Shown: positions 11,800 to 23,045, counted from the stretch's first letter. The stretch is DNA of 64,000 nucleotides from Eledone cirrhosa (GCA_964016885.1 OZ024741.1:144150001-144214000), one strand, 5' to 3'. Program-made: numbers and translations. The notes: a model not told the origin generated them from the letters alone.

Positions 11800-13442
11800 T
11801 TACCTCTCTGCGTCCCGGGAAACGGGCCGCTCAATTTCCATGCTGGTTGGGGATGGGTTGTTGGGTGGGGTTGTGGTTTGTGGAAGTGAAGGGGCATCGG
11901 TGTGTTGTGGGGTTGGGGTGTTTGTCGTTGAGTGGGTGTCTGGGTGAGGTGGGGGGGTGAAATTTTTTAGGAGGACGCGGTTGATTGGTTTGGCGCAGGG
12001 GGGGCCCACGTCCTCCGTGAAATTTATTTTCAGTGTTTTGTACAAGTGCATTGGGACTTTTATCATTTTCAAATGAGGTAGTCCCACAGCAGTTATAAAG
12101 TTTGGCCCTTCGGTTTGGACCGAAGGGTTTGCTGAAATTGTTTTCCGTAATTCTTTGTTGTCTGTGTTCATGTATGTGTATTGTAATGTCTTTTTTTGTG
12201 TAGCAGTTAGTGTTGTGTGACAGGGAGGGGTGGTTTGTGTGTAGTTTGTGTTCTCTTGGGGGGGATTAAAGTTAACATGTGTGTCTGTGGTGCGTCTCCT
12301 CTTCTTTCTTTTTACTTGTTGGAAGGGATCTTTTTCGTCTTGCGACGAAAGAGGTTCGTCTTCCTTGTTGGGTGGGAGGGGTATGTTTTCTGGTAGTGTT
12401 TGCGGTGTGCGTGTTTTTGTATTTGTTTTGGGTGGGGAGGGATTGGGTGGGACAGTATTCTGTGTTATTTTTTCACGTGTTTGTTGTTGTTGTTGTTGTG
12501 GTGGTGGTGGTGGGGTTGTTGGTTTTTGTTGTTGTTGTGGTTGTTTTTGTTGTTGTAGTTGGGGTGGTGTTGGTGTTGGTAGCAGTGTTTTTTTCTGTGT
12601 GAGCTGGGGACAGGCAGCCCTCAGGTGACCTCTATTGCCACAGAGGTAACAGGAGGGACGCCTACCCTCCACAATAATGTTGAGGTGGGTACGGTCATCC
12701 AGCATGACGCGCTCAGGGATTTGGGCGATGCGTTCTGGCCTTATTTGGGTCAGAACTTCGATGCTCGTTCCACTGAACGCGTCGCCGGATGCCTTCCCTA
12801 TTGAGATGAGGTTGTCCTCGTCTAAATTGAGGAAACCGGTTAGTAACCACCAGTAGTTTATGTTTGGGGTGATGGTGGTTATCCATATCCTCTGGGTTTT
12901 TTTACCCATGTAGGTAGGGAAGAAGGTGTAGTGTGTGGACCGAATTGGCGACACAGAGTATTTTTTTGCCGCCAATTCGTCTTTCATCAATATGGATAAA
13001 CTCCCATAGAGTTTATCCTTTTGTATGAAAGTGATGTCTCTCATCGCGTCTTTCAAGACTAACTGAGTTTCCGCTTGAGATGGTTGCGCTGGTTTCTTTG
13101 TTTTATTTAAAATTGTTCGGAATACGACAGTTCGTAATTCCGTCTGTCTTTTTAGCTCCGGAGGTGAATGTATAGAAAACGATCCGTTTTCGCCAAAAGA
13201 CACATATTTCTTGGCTTTTTCCAGCATTTCTTTTGCTTTTGAAATATCTTCCAGCACATAAGCGACTGATAATTTAGCCGTTTGTGCAAAAGATATTTTG
13301 TTTTCGTTTTGGATATTAGTATTGTTTTGTTTCTCGTCGTTTGAGTTGTTTTCATCTTTGTTGTTGTTGTTGTCTTTCTCGTTTCGTGTGTGGATACTTG
13401 TGACGTTTGTGTTGTTGTTGTTTTTGTTGTCTTTATTGTTGC

Positions 13443-13473
<31 letters not shown>

Positions 13474-13650
13474 GTTTTCAAATTCTTGTGTAGTTGTGGC
13501 TACATCTAGTGGTCGGTCAACAGGTGAAGACAATTCTTCCTCTCTCTGACCTCTGCCTTTGGCATCTGCTGCTGTGACAGTGGCAGGGGGAAGCTGTGAG
13601 TATGACTTCCCCTTTCCTTCTTTGATTGATGGTGAAGATGATTCAGCCAT
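11800..13650 (-). CDS. ORF1p: gag-like RNA-binding protein with CCHC zinc knuckle
   Basis: First ATG at 13650 (MAESSSP); CYLCGNRGHLRAAC knuckle; poly-N and poly-Q/P tracts; lies directly upstream of ORF2. Confidence 0.88.
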
Positions 13651-13875
13651 TTTTCTCAAAATAGGGTTTTTCGAAGTTTTTCGAAAGATAAAATGTTCAC
13701 AATACTATTTCGCCCAAAGGCGCAGAATATTTTGAGAGACCGACCAGATCAAAATTTGACCTGGCAGTCCCTCTACAAAATGATACAAAAATGAAAGTTT
13801 ACAGTTTACAATTTCCGTATGAATTTAAACAAAAACTTACCGAGCGAGCTCAGCACATGTGTCCATCGTGTTGAC

Positions 13876-13876
<1 letters not shown>

Positions 13877-13908
<32 letters not shown>
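13877..13908. repeat. (GATA)8 microsatellite joining two family-B elements
   Basis: Direct inspection. Confidence 0.95.
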
Positions 13909-14209
13909 TGTTTCTTTATTAGCCACAGGGGCACAAAAGAAGGGGACAAATACAAAGAGGGAATTTTACATACAATAAAAACGTGTAAAATACTATCACA
14001 AATGCAATTGAAAAGTTAATCGATTTTCCCCAATAGGGGGAGACATTTCATATGGGTAACACATACCCCCGAAAAAATGTGCAACCCTCATCTCCAGGAG
14101 TACGAAGAGTGAGTACCCCCTTCCTCTCTTCCTCTTTTTCCTCAACCTACAGGCTGATATGGAGAGAAGGCCCATTCACTCGGGCCATTCTCGCCACTTT
14201 CACCCACCT
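13909..14209 (-). mobile_element. Family-B-like LINE 3' fragment (last ~20 codons + 3'UTR)
   Basis: Homologous to 8074-8400 (WVKVARMARVNGPSLHISL*, ccccgaaaaa motif, AATAAAGAAA), followed by (TATC)n. Confidence 0.9.
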
Positions 14210-14495
14210 ACGTTCTTAGCGAAACACCCTGAGATCCCACTACATCTCTTGTGTACTCATAGATTGCATTTGGGACAGAGGATGGAATTTCTACCTATAC
14301 CTTTCCTATATACGGAACAAGGTTATTTCTCCGAAGGGATCAGGGCTCTGTTTTCCCTTCTACTTACTATGACCTTAGTCTCTCCCTCTCTCCTATTTAT
14401 CAATCTACCTGCCCTCTCTCTCAAGCTTCTGTCTATCTGTCTCTCCCACTCTTCTATCAATCCATCAGCCGATTTTCTATCTATCTATCCATCTA

Positions 14496-15825
14496 TCGAG
14501 CGGAGATGGCGAATACTTTTATAGCCTCCGTCATCTACTACCGCTTGACCATCGTGCCTTGTCCAGCCAAAACACTTACCAAAATGGAGCGCGCGCTCTT
14601 CCAATTCCTTTGGAAGAAGCGGGCTCCTTTGGTGAGAAGATCCATCTGCTGCCAACACCCTTCAAACGGAGGGCTGGGGATGCCGTGGCTGACGATGCGC
14701 AAACACGCGCTCAGGCTGCGGCACCTCCACGTATTCCTCACCGGACAACCGGTGAGGAATACGTGGGGCAAGCATTCCCACGACTCGTCTCGCTGACCGA
14801 GCTGCAGTCCTGGGTCAAGAAAAGACCGAGGAAAATGGGCGACTGGCACATCGAATGTGCTCAGGCGCTCACAGCCATCTGGCAGGCGGGCCCGGCGATC
14901 AGTGGAGACTCCACTTCGTCATTCTATAGAGGGTTGGTCCACAGCAAGTACGACGACGCACTCGGAGAAACTCTGGGCGTAGAGGAAGACGAACTGGCCA
15001 GTCTGTTCGGTAGAACCTTCCGCCCGGGACCGATGGACCAAAAGTCCCTGGCCTGGCAGTGCTACCGAGGAGCTCTACCAGTTCGAGACAAGCTCTACAG
15101 ACACGGGCACCCGGGCAGGGACCCTTCGAAAAAGATCTGTCCGAGATGCGTGCGCGACGAGGAAACCGTCGCGCACGCATTTGTACACTGCCCGGGCGTT
15201 ACCGACCTGTGGGGCTATGTAGAACGACTATTGTCGTGGGTGGGACCAATCCAGTTGACCACGGAGTCCATTGTTATAATCAAACCGCCACCCTCCTTCA
15301 AAAACGAAGGAGAGGCGGTTTTCCTTTGTGTGATAGCTATGGCGAAAGAGGTTGTATGGTGGACGAGGTTAAAAGGGATGAGGTCAGACACTTTTCTCCC
15401 CGGCCAACAACTGATTCTTTTTTTCAAGTACCATTTTAGAAGAAGGATCAGAATGGAGAGAGAGGTGCTCTACCCCAGCAAGTTTTATGAAAGGTGGGTG
15501 AAAGAGGCGAGAATGGCCCGAGTGAATGGGCCTTCTCTCTATACCAGCCTGTAGGTGAGAGAGGAGGAGAAGGAGGAGAGGAAGGGAGCACCCGCTCTTT
15601 GTGCTCCTGAGGAGGAGGGTTGCACATTTTTTCGGGGGTGTGTGCGACCCACGTCAACGCCCCCTCCCTATTGAGGACTTCGATTGTTGAATTTGATTTG
15701 TTATATTTTTTACACGTCCTTTAAATGTATGTAAACTCCCCCCGCCGCTTGTATTTGTCCCAATATTTTATGCCCTGGTGGCAAATAAATAGAAATTTAT
15801 CTATCTATCTATCTATCTATCTATC
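14496..15825 (+). mobile_element. 5'-truncated family-B-like LINE (ORF2 C-terminus, one frameshift) with (TATC)n on both sides
   Basis: Translates closely to the ORF2 C-terminus of 8338-9420; stop 15552-15554. Preceded by ctatctatctatccatctat and followed by (TATC)7. Confidence 0.93.
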
Positions 15826-15944
15826 CCCCTCTCTCTCTATATATCTATCTATCTATCTATCCCCCTCTCTCTCTATATATATATTGTACAAGAGTGTTGT
15901 TTATCTTAGTTGTTACGTAGTAACTTCCTGATGAAAACCACTTC

Positions 15945-16088
15945 ACTATGTTTTATTTACCGACCTTGAAAGGATGAACGACAAATTTGACCTTGCCGTA
16001 TTTGAACTCAGAACATAATGAGCCGGAATGAATACAGCGTAGCATTGTATCCGATGTTCTAACGACTCTGCAAATTCGCTGTCTTCAC
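15945..16088 (-). mobile_element. tRNA-headed SINE, family S3
   Basis: cgacc.gaaaggatgaa.g.caaa.ttgacct.g.cg.atttgaactcag motif repeated many times in the window; B-box GAGTTCAAAT on the minus strand. Confidence 0.7.
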
Positions 16089-16114
16089 TTCGTCCATGGG
16101 TATTATTTTATTCT

Positions 16115-16250
16115 TTCACTTGTTTTAGTCATTAGATTGCACGGTCATGCTGGGGCATCGCGCCTAGTATATATATTTTTCCATGTTTGCTACGTATTTT
16201 ATCGGTCTGATTTTGTCGAACCACTAAGTTACGGCTTATAAACACAGACG
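16115..16250. mobile_element. Short dispersed repeat (SINE-like), relative at ~43243-43385
   Basis: Shared tttcagtcatt..ctgcg.ccatg..gggca.cgcc...gaacc.ctaagtt.cgg motifs. Confidence 0.5.
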
Positions 16251-16354
16251 CTATGTAAATACAGGCATGGATACATACATACATACATACATGCATACAT
16301 ACATATATACATACGTACAAGTATGCATGCATATAAAAATGGAGGGAGCACGCC

Positions 16355-16503
16355 AGGGAGAGTATTGACTTAATATATCGATCTCGAAAAGATGAAAGAC
16401 AATGTTGATCTCAGTGGAATTTGAACTAGAAGCATAGAGAGCCGTAACAAATACCGTGTATCATTTTAACCGACGTTCTAATAACTCTGCCAATAAACCG
16501 CTC
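16355..16503 (-). mobile_element. SINE family S3
   Basis: Same motif set as 15945-16088. Confidence 0.65.
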
Positions 16504-17309
16504 AAGAGTGGTGTATTGAATGTCATACGCTATAGATTCAAACTTTTTGGACATTTCACGCTATGTTTGAGAATGAAATCATAACCCATAGTGTTAATTG
16601 TTAGAAAATGTCAAAGACAAGAGGAGATAACTTTTTTTTAAAATCCGAAATTAATTTCGTATGCTCAAATATAGAGGACACTTAATAGATTTCAACAGAA
16701 AGCAAAACTATTCGAACATCAATGACATCAATAACAATAATGAATTTAAGTGCTGTCAACCTACAACTATACATTGATCCGAATTGGTTTTCAAACACTT
16801 TCACAATACTCCAATAATTAAACGAAAAAAAGGTGTTACATTTCTCATTTTTAGAAATTATTCTTAAAAAAAATATCACGCATTTTTTGTTATAGTAATG
16901 TTAAGTTATTTATTTTTATTTTACTTTATTTTTTGTATTATCGATATCTGAGTAGCAAAATGGATGTATTGCTTTTTATAAACGTATGTTACATTTTTAA
17001 TTAATGGTGATGTTTACATCTTCATTTTATTTTTTATTTTATCATTGTCGCTTTTACTGTCATTGGTAAATTTGGTTTTGTGACTGAGGTTATATGTGGT
17101 GTGTGAGTTCGTGTATAAGTGTGTGCTCAAGTGCGTTCGTGTGTGTGAGTGTGTATGTGTATATATGTATATATGTACACACACACACACACACACACAA
17201 TGGGTGATTAAATACACGCGTGCTTTTACCCCGTGAAAATTTTTTTCTGGTTTTCCTCCTTTTCTTACTCTCATCCATCTTTTTATTTCTTATTCCATCT
17301 CTCATTCTA

Positions 17310-17345
17310 TCTTCCGATGAAAGATTAACGTCCTAAACGTTAAGA
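17310..17345 (+). ncRNA. Decayed minimal hammerhead ribozyme (family H5)
   Basis: tctt-ccgatga-aagattaacgtcc-taaa-cgtt-aaga; homologous, with flanks, to 41244-41279 and 62174-62209. Confidence 0.45.
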
Positions 17346-17437
17346 CTCTTTTCCTACCATATCAAGCGTTAAACTAATATATCATCATTTTACTGTTTTG
17401 ACCTTCCGAGTGGTTTTTCATAAATATGTATGTATGT

Positions 17438-18690
17438 CATCCGGCAGGGTGTCTAATCACCCTCCTCACCAAGCCAGCTTGGTAAGGTTGTCGGTTTAGT
17501 CGCCGATGATCCGACCATGTGACAGGTTGTACTGGTAACATGTAACCCAGTCCAACCTTTGACATGGTCGGATCGTCGGCGACTAAACCGGAAACCCCAC
17601 CAACCTTGCTTGGTGAGGAGGGTGATTGAACATCCTGTGGGATGAAAAACAAATCCTGACAAAGGGCAGAGGAACTCATGAGAGTTAATCGCCATCCCGT
17701 AGAGTGTATATATTTTATATATTTTGTATTTTATATATTTTTGAATCCTTTGTGACTAAGCAGCCCTTTCAAGGGAGAACACTGCTCACCCAAATCTTGG
17801 GAGAGGTCTAGAAAAGGTAACACAAACATTGTCTGTTCCACCATCAAGCTGGTCAGCTACCTGAATAGTAATTTTCAAAAGAATAGAATTGCAAGAATGT
17901 TGTTGTAAGGAATATTAGAACACGTCTTGACTGGGAATCATCCACAAATCCAGAACGCAGAACTGCTATTGTTGTCAGAGAATTGAGCAGGTATAATATT
18001 GATATAGCTACACTCTCTGAAGTTCGTCTTAGTGGGGAAGGTCATCTATCAGGTATAGGTGCTGGCTATATGTTCTGGAAAGGGAAACTAAATGGGGAGA
18101 AAAGGAATGGAAAGTAGGTTTTGCTCTCCAGACAGAGATCACAAAACGTCTGGAGCAATCACAAGGCATTAGTGATCGAATTATGCATTTAAGAGTTCCT
18201 CTTTTAAGGGTACGTTTCATGACTGTCATTTCAGTTTATGTCCCTACCCTGGTTAGTAGCCAGGAATCAACCATGGCTTTATACCAAGATTTAGGAGGGT
18301 GTATAACATCGGTTTCACATTAGGACAAGATTTTAATGCACGTGTCGGAAAAGACGACCAAATCTGGAGTGTTTTAGGACGTCCCGGCATGGTTAAATTG
18401 AATGCCCATGGTCATCTCCTTTTGCAATTATGCCCTGACTTTGAGCTGGTCGTGTGCAATACTTTTTTTCGGCAAAAGAAGATCTAAAAGGCAACGGTTT
18501 ATTTGCAGTGAGTGTGGCTTAATTTACAAGTCAGTTGGTGCACTGATCAGACATGGCAAAATGCATGAAAACACACCCCAGCCGGTATTGCCAGGAGACA
18601 GACAGTTCAAGTATCACATCTGTGAACGTGCCTACAAAACAAAAAACGTGTCTGAAAAGTCACATATTACCCCAAGCTACTGAGAAGTAT
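17438..18690 (+). mobile_element. Internally deleted RTE-clade LINE derivative (5'UTR hairpin + APE N-terminus joined to C-terminal C2H2 fingers)
   Basis: APE peptides NIRT..PERRTAIVVRELSRYNIDIATLSEVRLSGEG and DFNARVG..CNTFFRQK, then at ~18490 CSECGLIYKSVGALIRHGKMH, similar to the fingers at 25190-25260. No RT between them. Confidence 0.8.
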
Positions 18691-19119
18691 GTTGTCTTGA
18701 CAGAGAAATTTTCCAGATGCCATTTATTTAATTGCAGCAGGAATTTCATGAAATTTAGGTAGGTTTATAAGTTGTAATAATTATGGTTTTGTAAAACTGA
18801 TTAAAGAATATTCTCATTAATTGATAAATCAGTATTCAAAACAATCACAATGCGTTCCTTCCATCTTTGTAAACTCTTGGGTTTTTTAATTCTATTTTCA
18901 GTCAGTAGTTTTTGTACCATCTGCACTCAAGCTAGGTAAATAAACCACAGATCTGTGATACACAAACTTTTGTCAAACCTTAATATAACTTAATAACGAC
19001 ATAACATATGAGGTAAGTTGCCTCCATTTTTTTGTCTCAGTTTATTTTATCAAAAGTGTAGAAATAATAATAATAATTTTGTGAAATGGTGTTATGGTGC
19101 TGAGATTTGAATGTATATC

Positions 19120-19775
19120 ACTTAACGTGGATAGAAAACTTGCACAAAATGCACAAAAAGCGAACAAAAACTTGCACATAAAGCGCACAAAAATGTGCAC
19201 AAAATGCACAAAACTTTGCACAAAAATGCGCATACTTATATATGCACACATACATATGCACATACAGGCGCACGCAAATACGCACAAACACGCAGACACT
19301 GCGCGAACACACACAATCGCCCAAACACGTGTCCACTCACACGTGCACACAAACGCGTACCAACACACACGTGCACATACCTGCACATACACGCGCATTT
19401 AAACGCGCACAAATACGCACACACACACACAATTGCACAAACACGCGCACAAAACGCACACGAAACTTGCACAAAAAACGACAGAAAAACACGCACAGGA
19501 ACTTGCTCAAAAGTGCACAAAAATGTGCACAAAATGCGAACAAAGATGCACACAAAATGCGCAAATAGCGCACAAAAACATGCTCAAACGGCGCGCAAAG
19601 CGCGCACAAAAAATGCACAAAAAATGCACAAAAACTTGCACAAAAAGCTAACAAAAATGCGCTCAAATACTTGCGCAAAAATGCACAAAAAGCGCACAAA
19701 AACTTGCAGAAAGAGCGCACAGAAAATGCACAAAAACTGGAACACGAAGCGCACAAAAATGCGCACAAAATGCAA
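19120..19775. repeat. Degenerate (GCACAAAA)-based minisatellite
   Basis: Recurrent gcacaaaaaat/gcgcacaaa units. Confidence 0.85.
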
Positions 19776-20026
19776 AGAAGAAGAAGAAGACCAAGACGAC
19801 GACGAAGACCTTCAAAGCGAGAGTTAAGATGCCGGTTAGCTCAGTATAGACCACTTTGCTTATTAGTGTCATAGTCACTTTGATAAAAAGAAAACTATCA
19901 TCTGATGTTCTCCTGCGATAGAAGAGTGTAACTTCACTGCATCTATATTACTGGAAGGGTTGGATGGAGTCCTGTTGAGGTTCTAATCACTGAAAAGATT
20001 ATCGTTTCCCCCATATATAAAGTCTA
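19775..20026 (-). repeat. Inverted partner of 5963-6215
   Basis: Reverse-complement near-identity; starts in (GAA)n, ends ...aaagtcTA. Confidence 0.92.
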
Positions 20027-21109
20027 CAAACTTTTAAAAATAAAATCGCGCCCGTCTTCTCTTGATATCCCAATAATGTGTTTTTTTGTGTAATAGTTAA
20101 TCCAGGCCTGATTTCCAGTCTCCAGCCAAGTAATGTTTTCAGAGGGTCTCTTCAGCTCTCATAATACAATTTGCTTTAAGTATGTAGACTTAATCCATTT
20201 ATGCATGTTGAGGCTTGATGGTTGGTATGAGGGATATGATGTCGAAGAGATATGGTGCCACATTCAAAGACTCTTTGAATCGTTGTTAAGATTTTGCTTT
20301 CTTATTTTCATTTTATGGGGTCATGGATGTGGAAATTTTTAGAAAGGAGATTAATATTTCTTTAATTTTAATCACTGGCCTGGCTAATCATCTTGCATCT
20401 AATCGAGTAGTTCAAATGTTTTCATAGAATGTTTACAGAAAACACATTGTGGGTCACTAATTTATTGTATGCAGAGAGCTCTGCAGATCATATCATTGAT
20501 TGGGTTCTACATTATAAGTCTTGTCATGTGATATATTTTATCCATCTTTACCTGTATCATTCATCATCCGATATTAGAAAAATAGTTAGGGTCATTCATA
20601 AAGATGTTAGATGGCTTGTAGTTTTTCTTCACAGGTTTACAGTCTGGAGCATTTAATGCATTGTTCATTATGCAGCGTGTTTTGAGCAACTACCGCTAGG
20701 TGGTTCATTCTGGGCATGGTTATGGCCGTTGAGTTTCTCCTAGGAAACTCGCCAGCCCTGGTCATTGATTAAAAAAAAAGAAATTTGTCCATCTTTAAAC
20801 GATTCGAAATCTCAGCCCTCAATACTCACTTGATTGGTGCTAAATTCCCTGATAGCTACAGGTGGAAGGTCAGTCTTACCGTGAGATAACATGGAGAGAG
20901 TTGTCTGTTGTCATATGATGTGCCGGTACTTTTGTTCTTGGAATATGTTTTGGGTATACACTTTGGTGGGTAAATGGCAATCATCAACCCTCTTTTTGCC
21001 TTCAACAAATGCTGCTTTTTGGCATAATTCAGCCCTTCTTACAGTTCGTGCCAATATATTTTCCTTCTATTCATATAGTCACAGAGGGATTTGGGGGAAC
21101 TTTTTATAG

Positions 21110-21314
21110 CAATTTGGGTAGTGTCACCAGACGAGGCGGTTACTGGATGACACTACCTACTTTCCATGGTGCATCCTACGATTTAGAAAATAGAGTTTAT
21201 AACAAACGTCCTGAAATGAGATCCTTGCGAAAGAGTGCCAACACCAAATGTTCTGAATCACCCCCTCCCACGAGAGCACCAAAGCCAGATGACAGGCCTA
21301 TTGCAATTACATAA
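21110..21314 (+). other. Candidate terminal coding exon of an unknown gene
   Basis: tttttatag acceptor, then an open frame NLGSVTRRGGYWMTLPTFHGASYDLENRVYNKRPEMRS...IAIT* followed by AT-rich sequence. No homology recognised. Confidence 0.25.
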
Positions 21315-22536
21315 ATCATTCTAGAGTTCATAACTCGAAGGAAACTGAACTTTATAGCGTCGTTTCTTCTATAGCTGCAACTAATAATATTTTGTTTAAC
21401 ATTTATTGATGTTTTTCTTCGGGTCTTCTCTGGTGTAAAGACTTTAAACTACCCCTCGTCCTCATTTCATGTTGCCTCCCGGTAATTTAAAACCCTTTGG
21501 GTAGTCTGAAAACCCATGGGTAGTCTGAACCTGATTTCAATTTACCCCTTCTCTGTTTTACTTAAAACGATAAAATCTAATGCTTACAAATAATGACGTG
21601 TTTATTGCATAAAACTCGTGAAACACCAACTCATCTCAAAATGTGTAAAAATTGAAAATTTCACAAAATCTTGGCTTTTGAACTTGGCTTTTGAACTATC
21701 ATTTTTATTATACCTTTAAAATTACGTTTTGAAACTTATAGGTTCAGAATCTAAAAAAACAAAAAAACCTTTTGTAGAATAAGAAAATTTTAAATGAGAA
21801 ACTGATTTTAAGTTAAGGGATTCACAACCAGCGTACTTTTTACTTTGTACATAAATAGATATTATTTATATTAATATTTGAAGTTCATGAATGTATTTCG
21901 TTTGCTTTTAAAATGTATAAGTATATATATTGTTTGCATTTGATAATTTAAAGCGATGCTATTTCAATTTCCAATTGATTAAGAAGAAAAATGTAATTAC
22001 AAATTCTATTAAAATATAATTATGTATTTTCACGGTGAGTACTAGAAATATATCCTTCACACGATAATAAGATGTTTTGGCATACAAGAAAATATTCACA
22101 CAAACAACAACGTTACGGAAATTATTGAATAATTAAATTTACAGATATAATTAAATAAAGAAATAATGGTTTCTTATATAGGCACAAGTCCAACAATTGT
22201 TTGGGGAGGGGAATGAAAATTCAATACCGAAGTAGAGTTTAAATATTCATTTATTATTACTCTGGAGTCTGACCTGCGTACTCACCAGATCAGACTGGTG
22301 ATCCTGTGAGTGCACAGGTAAAACTTTAGAGTAACAATGCTCACTAATAGCTATAACAAATGTATGTGTATATATATATATATATACGTATATATATATA
22401 TATACGTATATATATAAGAGATGAATAAATTGTGTATAGTACCAGTTTCTTACCAACTGCGAAGAAGCTCGATATATTAACCCCCTCGGAAAGGGCAAAG
22501 AGCATAATTCTTTTTGATTATATATATATATATATA

Positions 22537-22767
22537 CAGTGGCAATGGAACTGGGAGGGGCACATATATCCCCCCCCCCCCACAATAATCATATTTTCTC
22601 CCCAAATTACCAAAACACACATCTATTTGGATATGCGCTACAATTTATGTACATGTTATGTTTATTGCATATAGAGTGCAAAGAGCTAAGCTAATCACTA
22701 AAACTAAATTGTCCAAATTTGCCCCCCCCCCCCCTCCTCCAATTCAGAAATGCTTCCACCACCCCTG
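22537..22767. mobile_element. Putative MITE with imperfect 14-bp TIRs
   Basis: Starts cagtggcaatggaa, ends ttccaccacccctg; poly-C tracts inside; sits in TA/TG repeats. Confidence 0.45.
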
Positions 22768-22780
22768 TGTATGTATATGT

Positions 22781-23045
22781 GGGCGCAGCATAGCCAAATA
22801 GTTAAGAAGTTTCCTTTGCAATCATTAGATCCTGGTTGTGATTCCACTGCGTAGCATCCCGCGAAAGTGTCATTTGCCATAGTCTTGGATCGACTAAAGC
22901 TTTGTAAATAAAATTGGGAAAACGGAAACTGTTAAGAAACCCGTCGGATAGACTGTCTGTAATTGAAAGAATTCATGAGCAGGTTATTCTGGTTATCGAA
23001 CAACTAGAACACTCATCACCCAAACCGATTGAGGTTCATTCTATG

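Larger units (their letters stand above)
8074..13876 (-). mobile_element. Full-length, apparently intact Tx1/L1-clade LINE (family B)
   Basis: 5'UTR (~225 nt), ORF1, 24-nt spacer, uninterrupted ORF2, ~260-nt 3'UTR with AATAAA at 8081-8086. Bordered by GATAGATA (8066-8073) and (GATA)8 (13877-13908). Confidence 0.96.

Noticed and set aside
15927-15945. Isolated CTGATGA motifs (also ~39574, ~54518)
   Set aside because: No correctly placed GAAA, stem III or closing stem I.
19195-19827. K/H/T/C-rich ORFs
   Set aside because: Products of the GCACAAAA minisatellite, open in several frames on both strands.
22272-22319. Small hairpin acctgcgtactcac...gtgagtgcacaggt
   Set aside because: Single copy, short and imperfect; cannot be distinguished from chance or a MITE relic.
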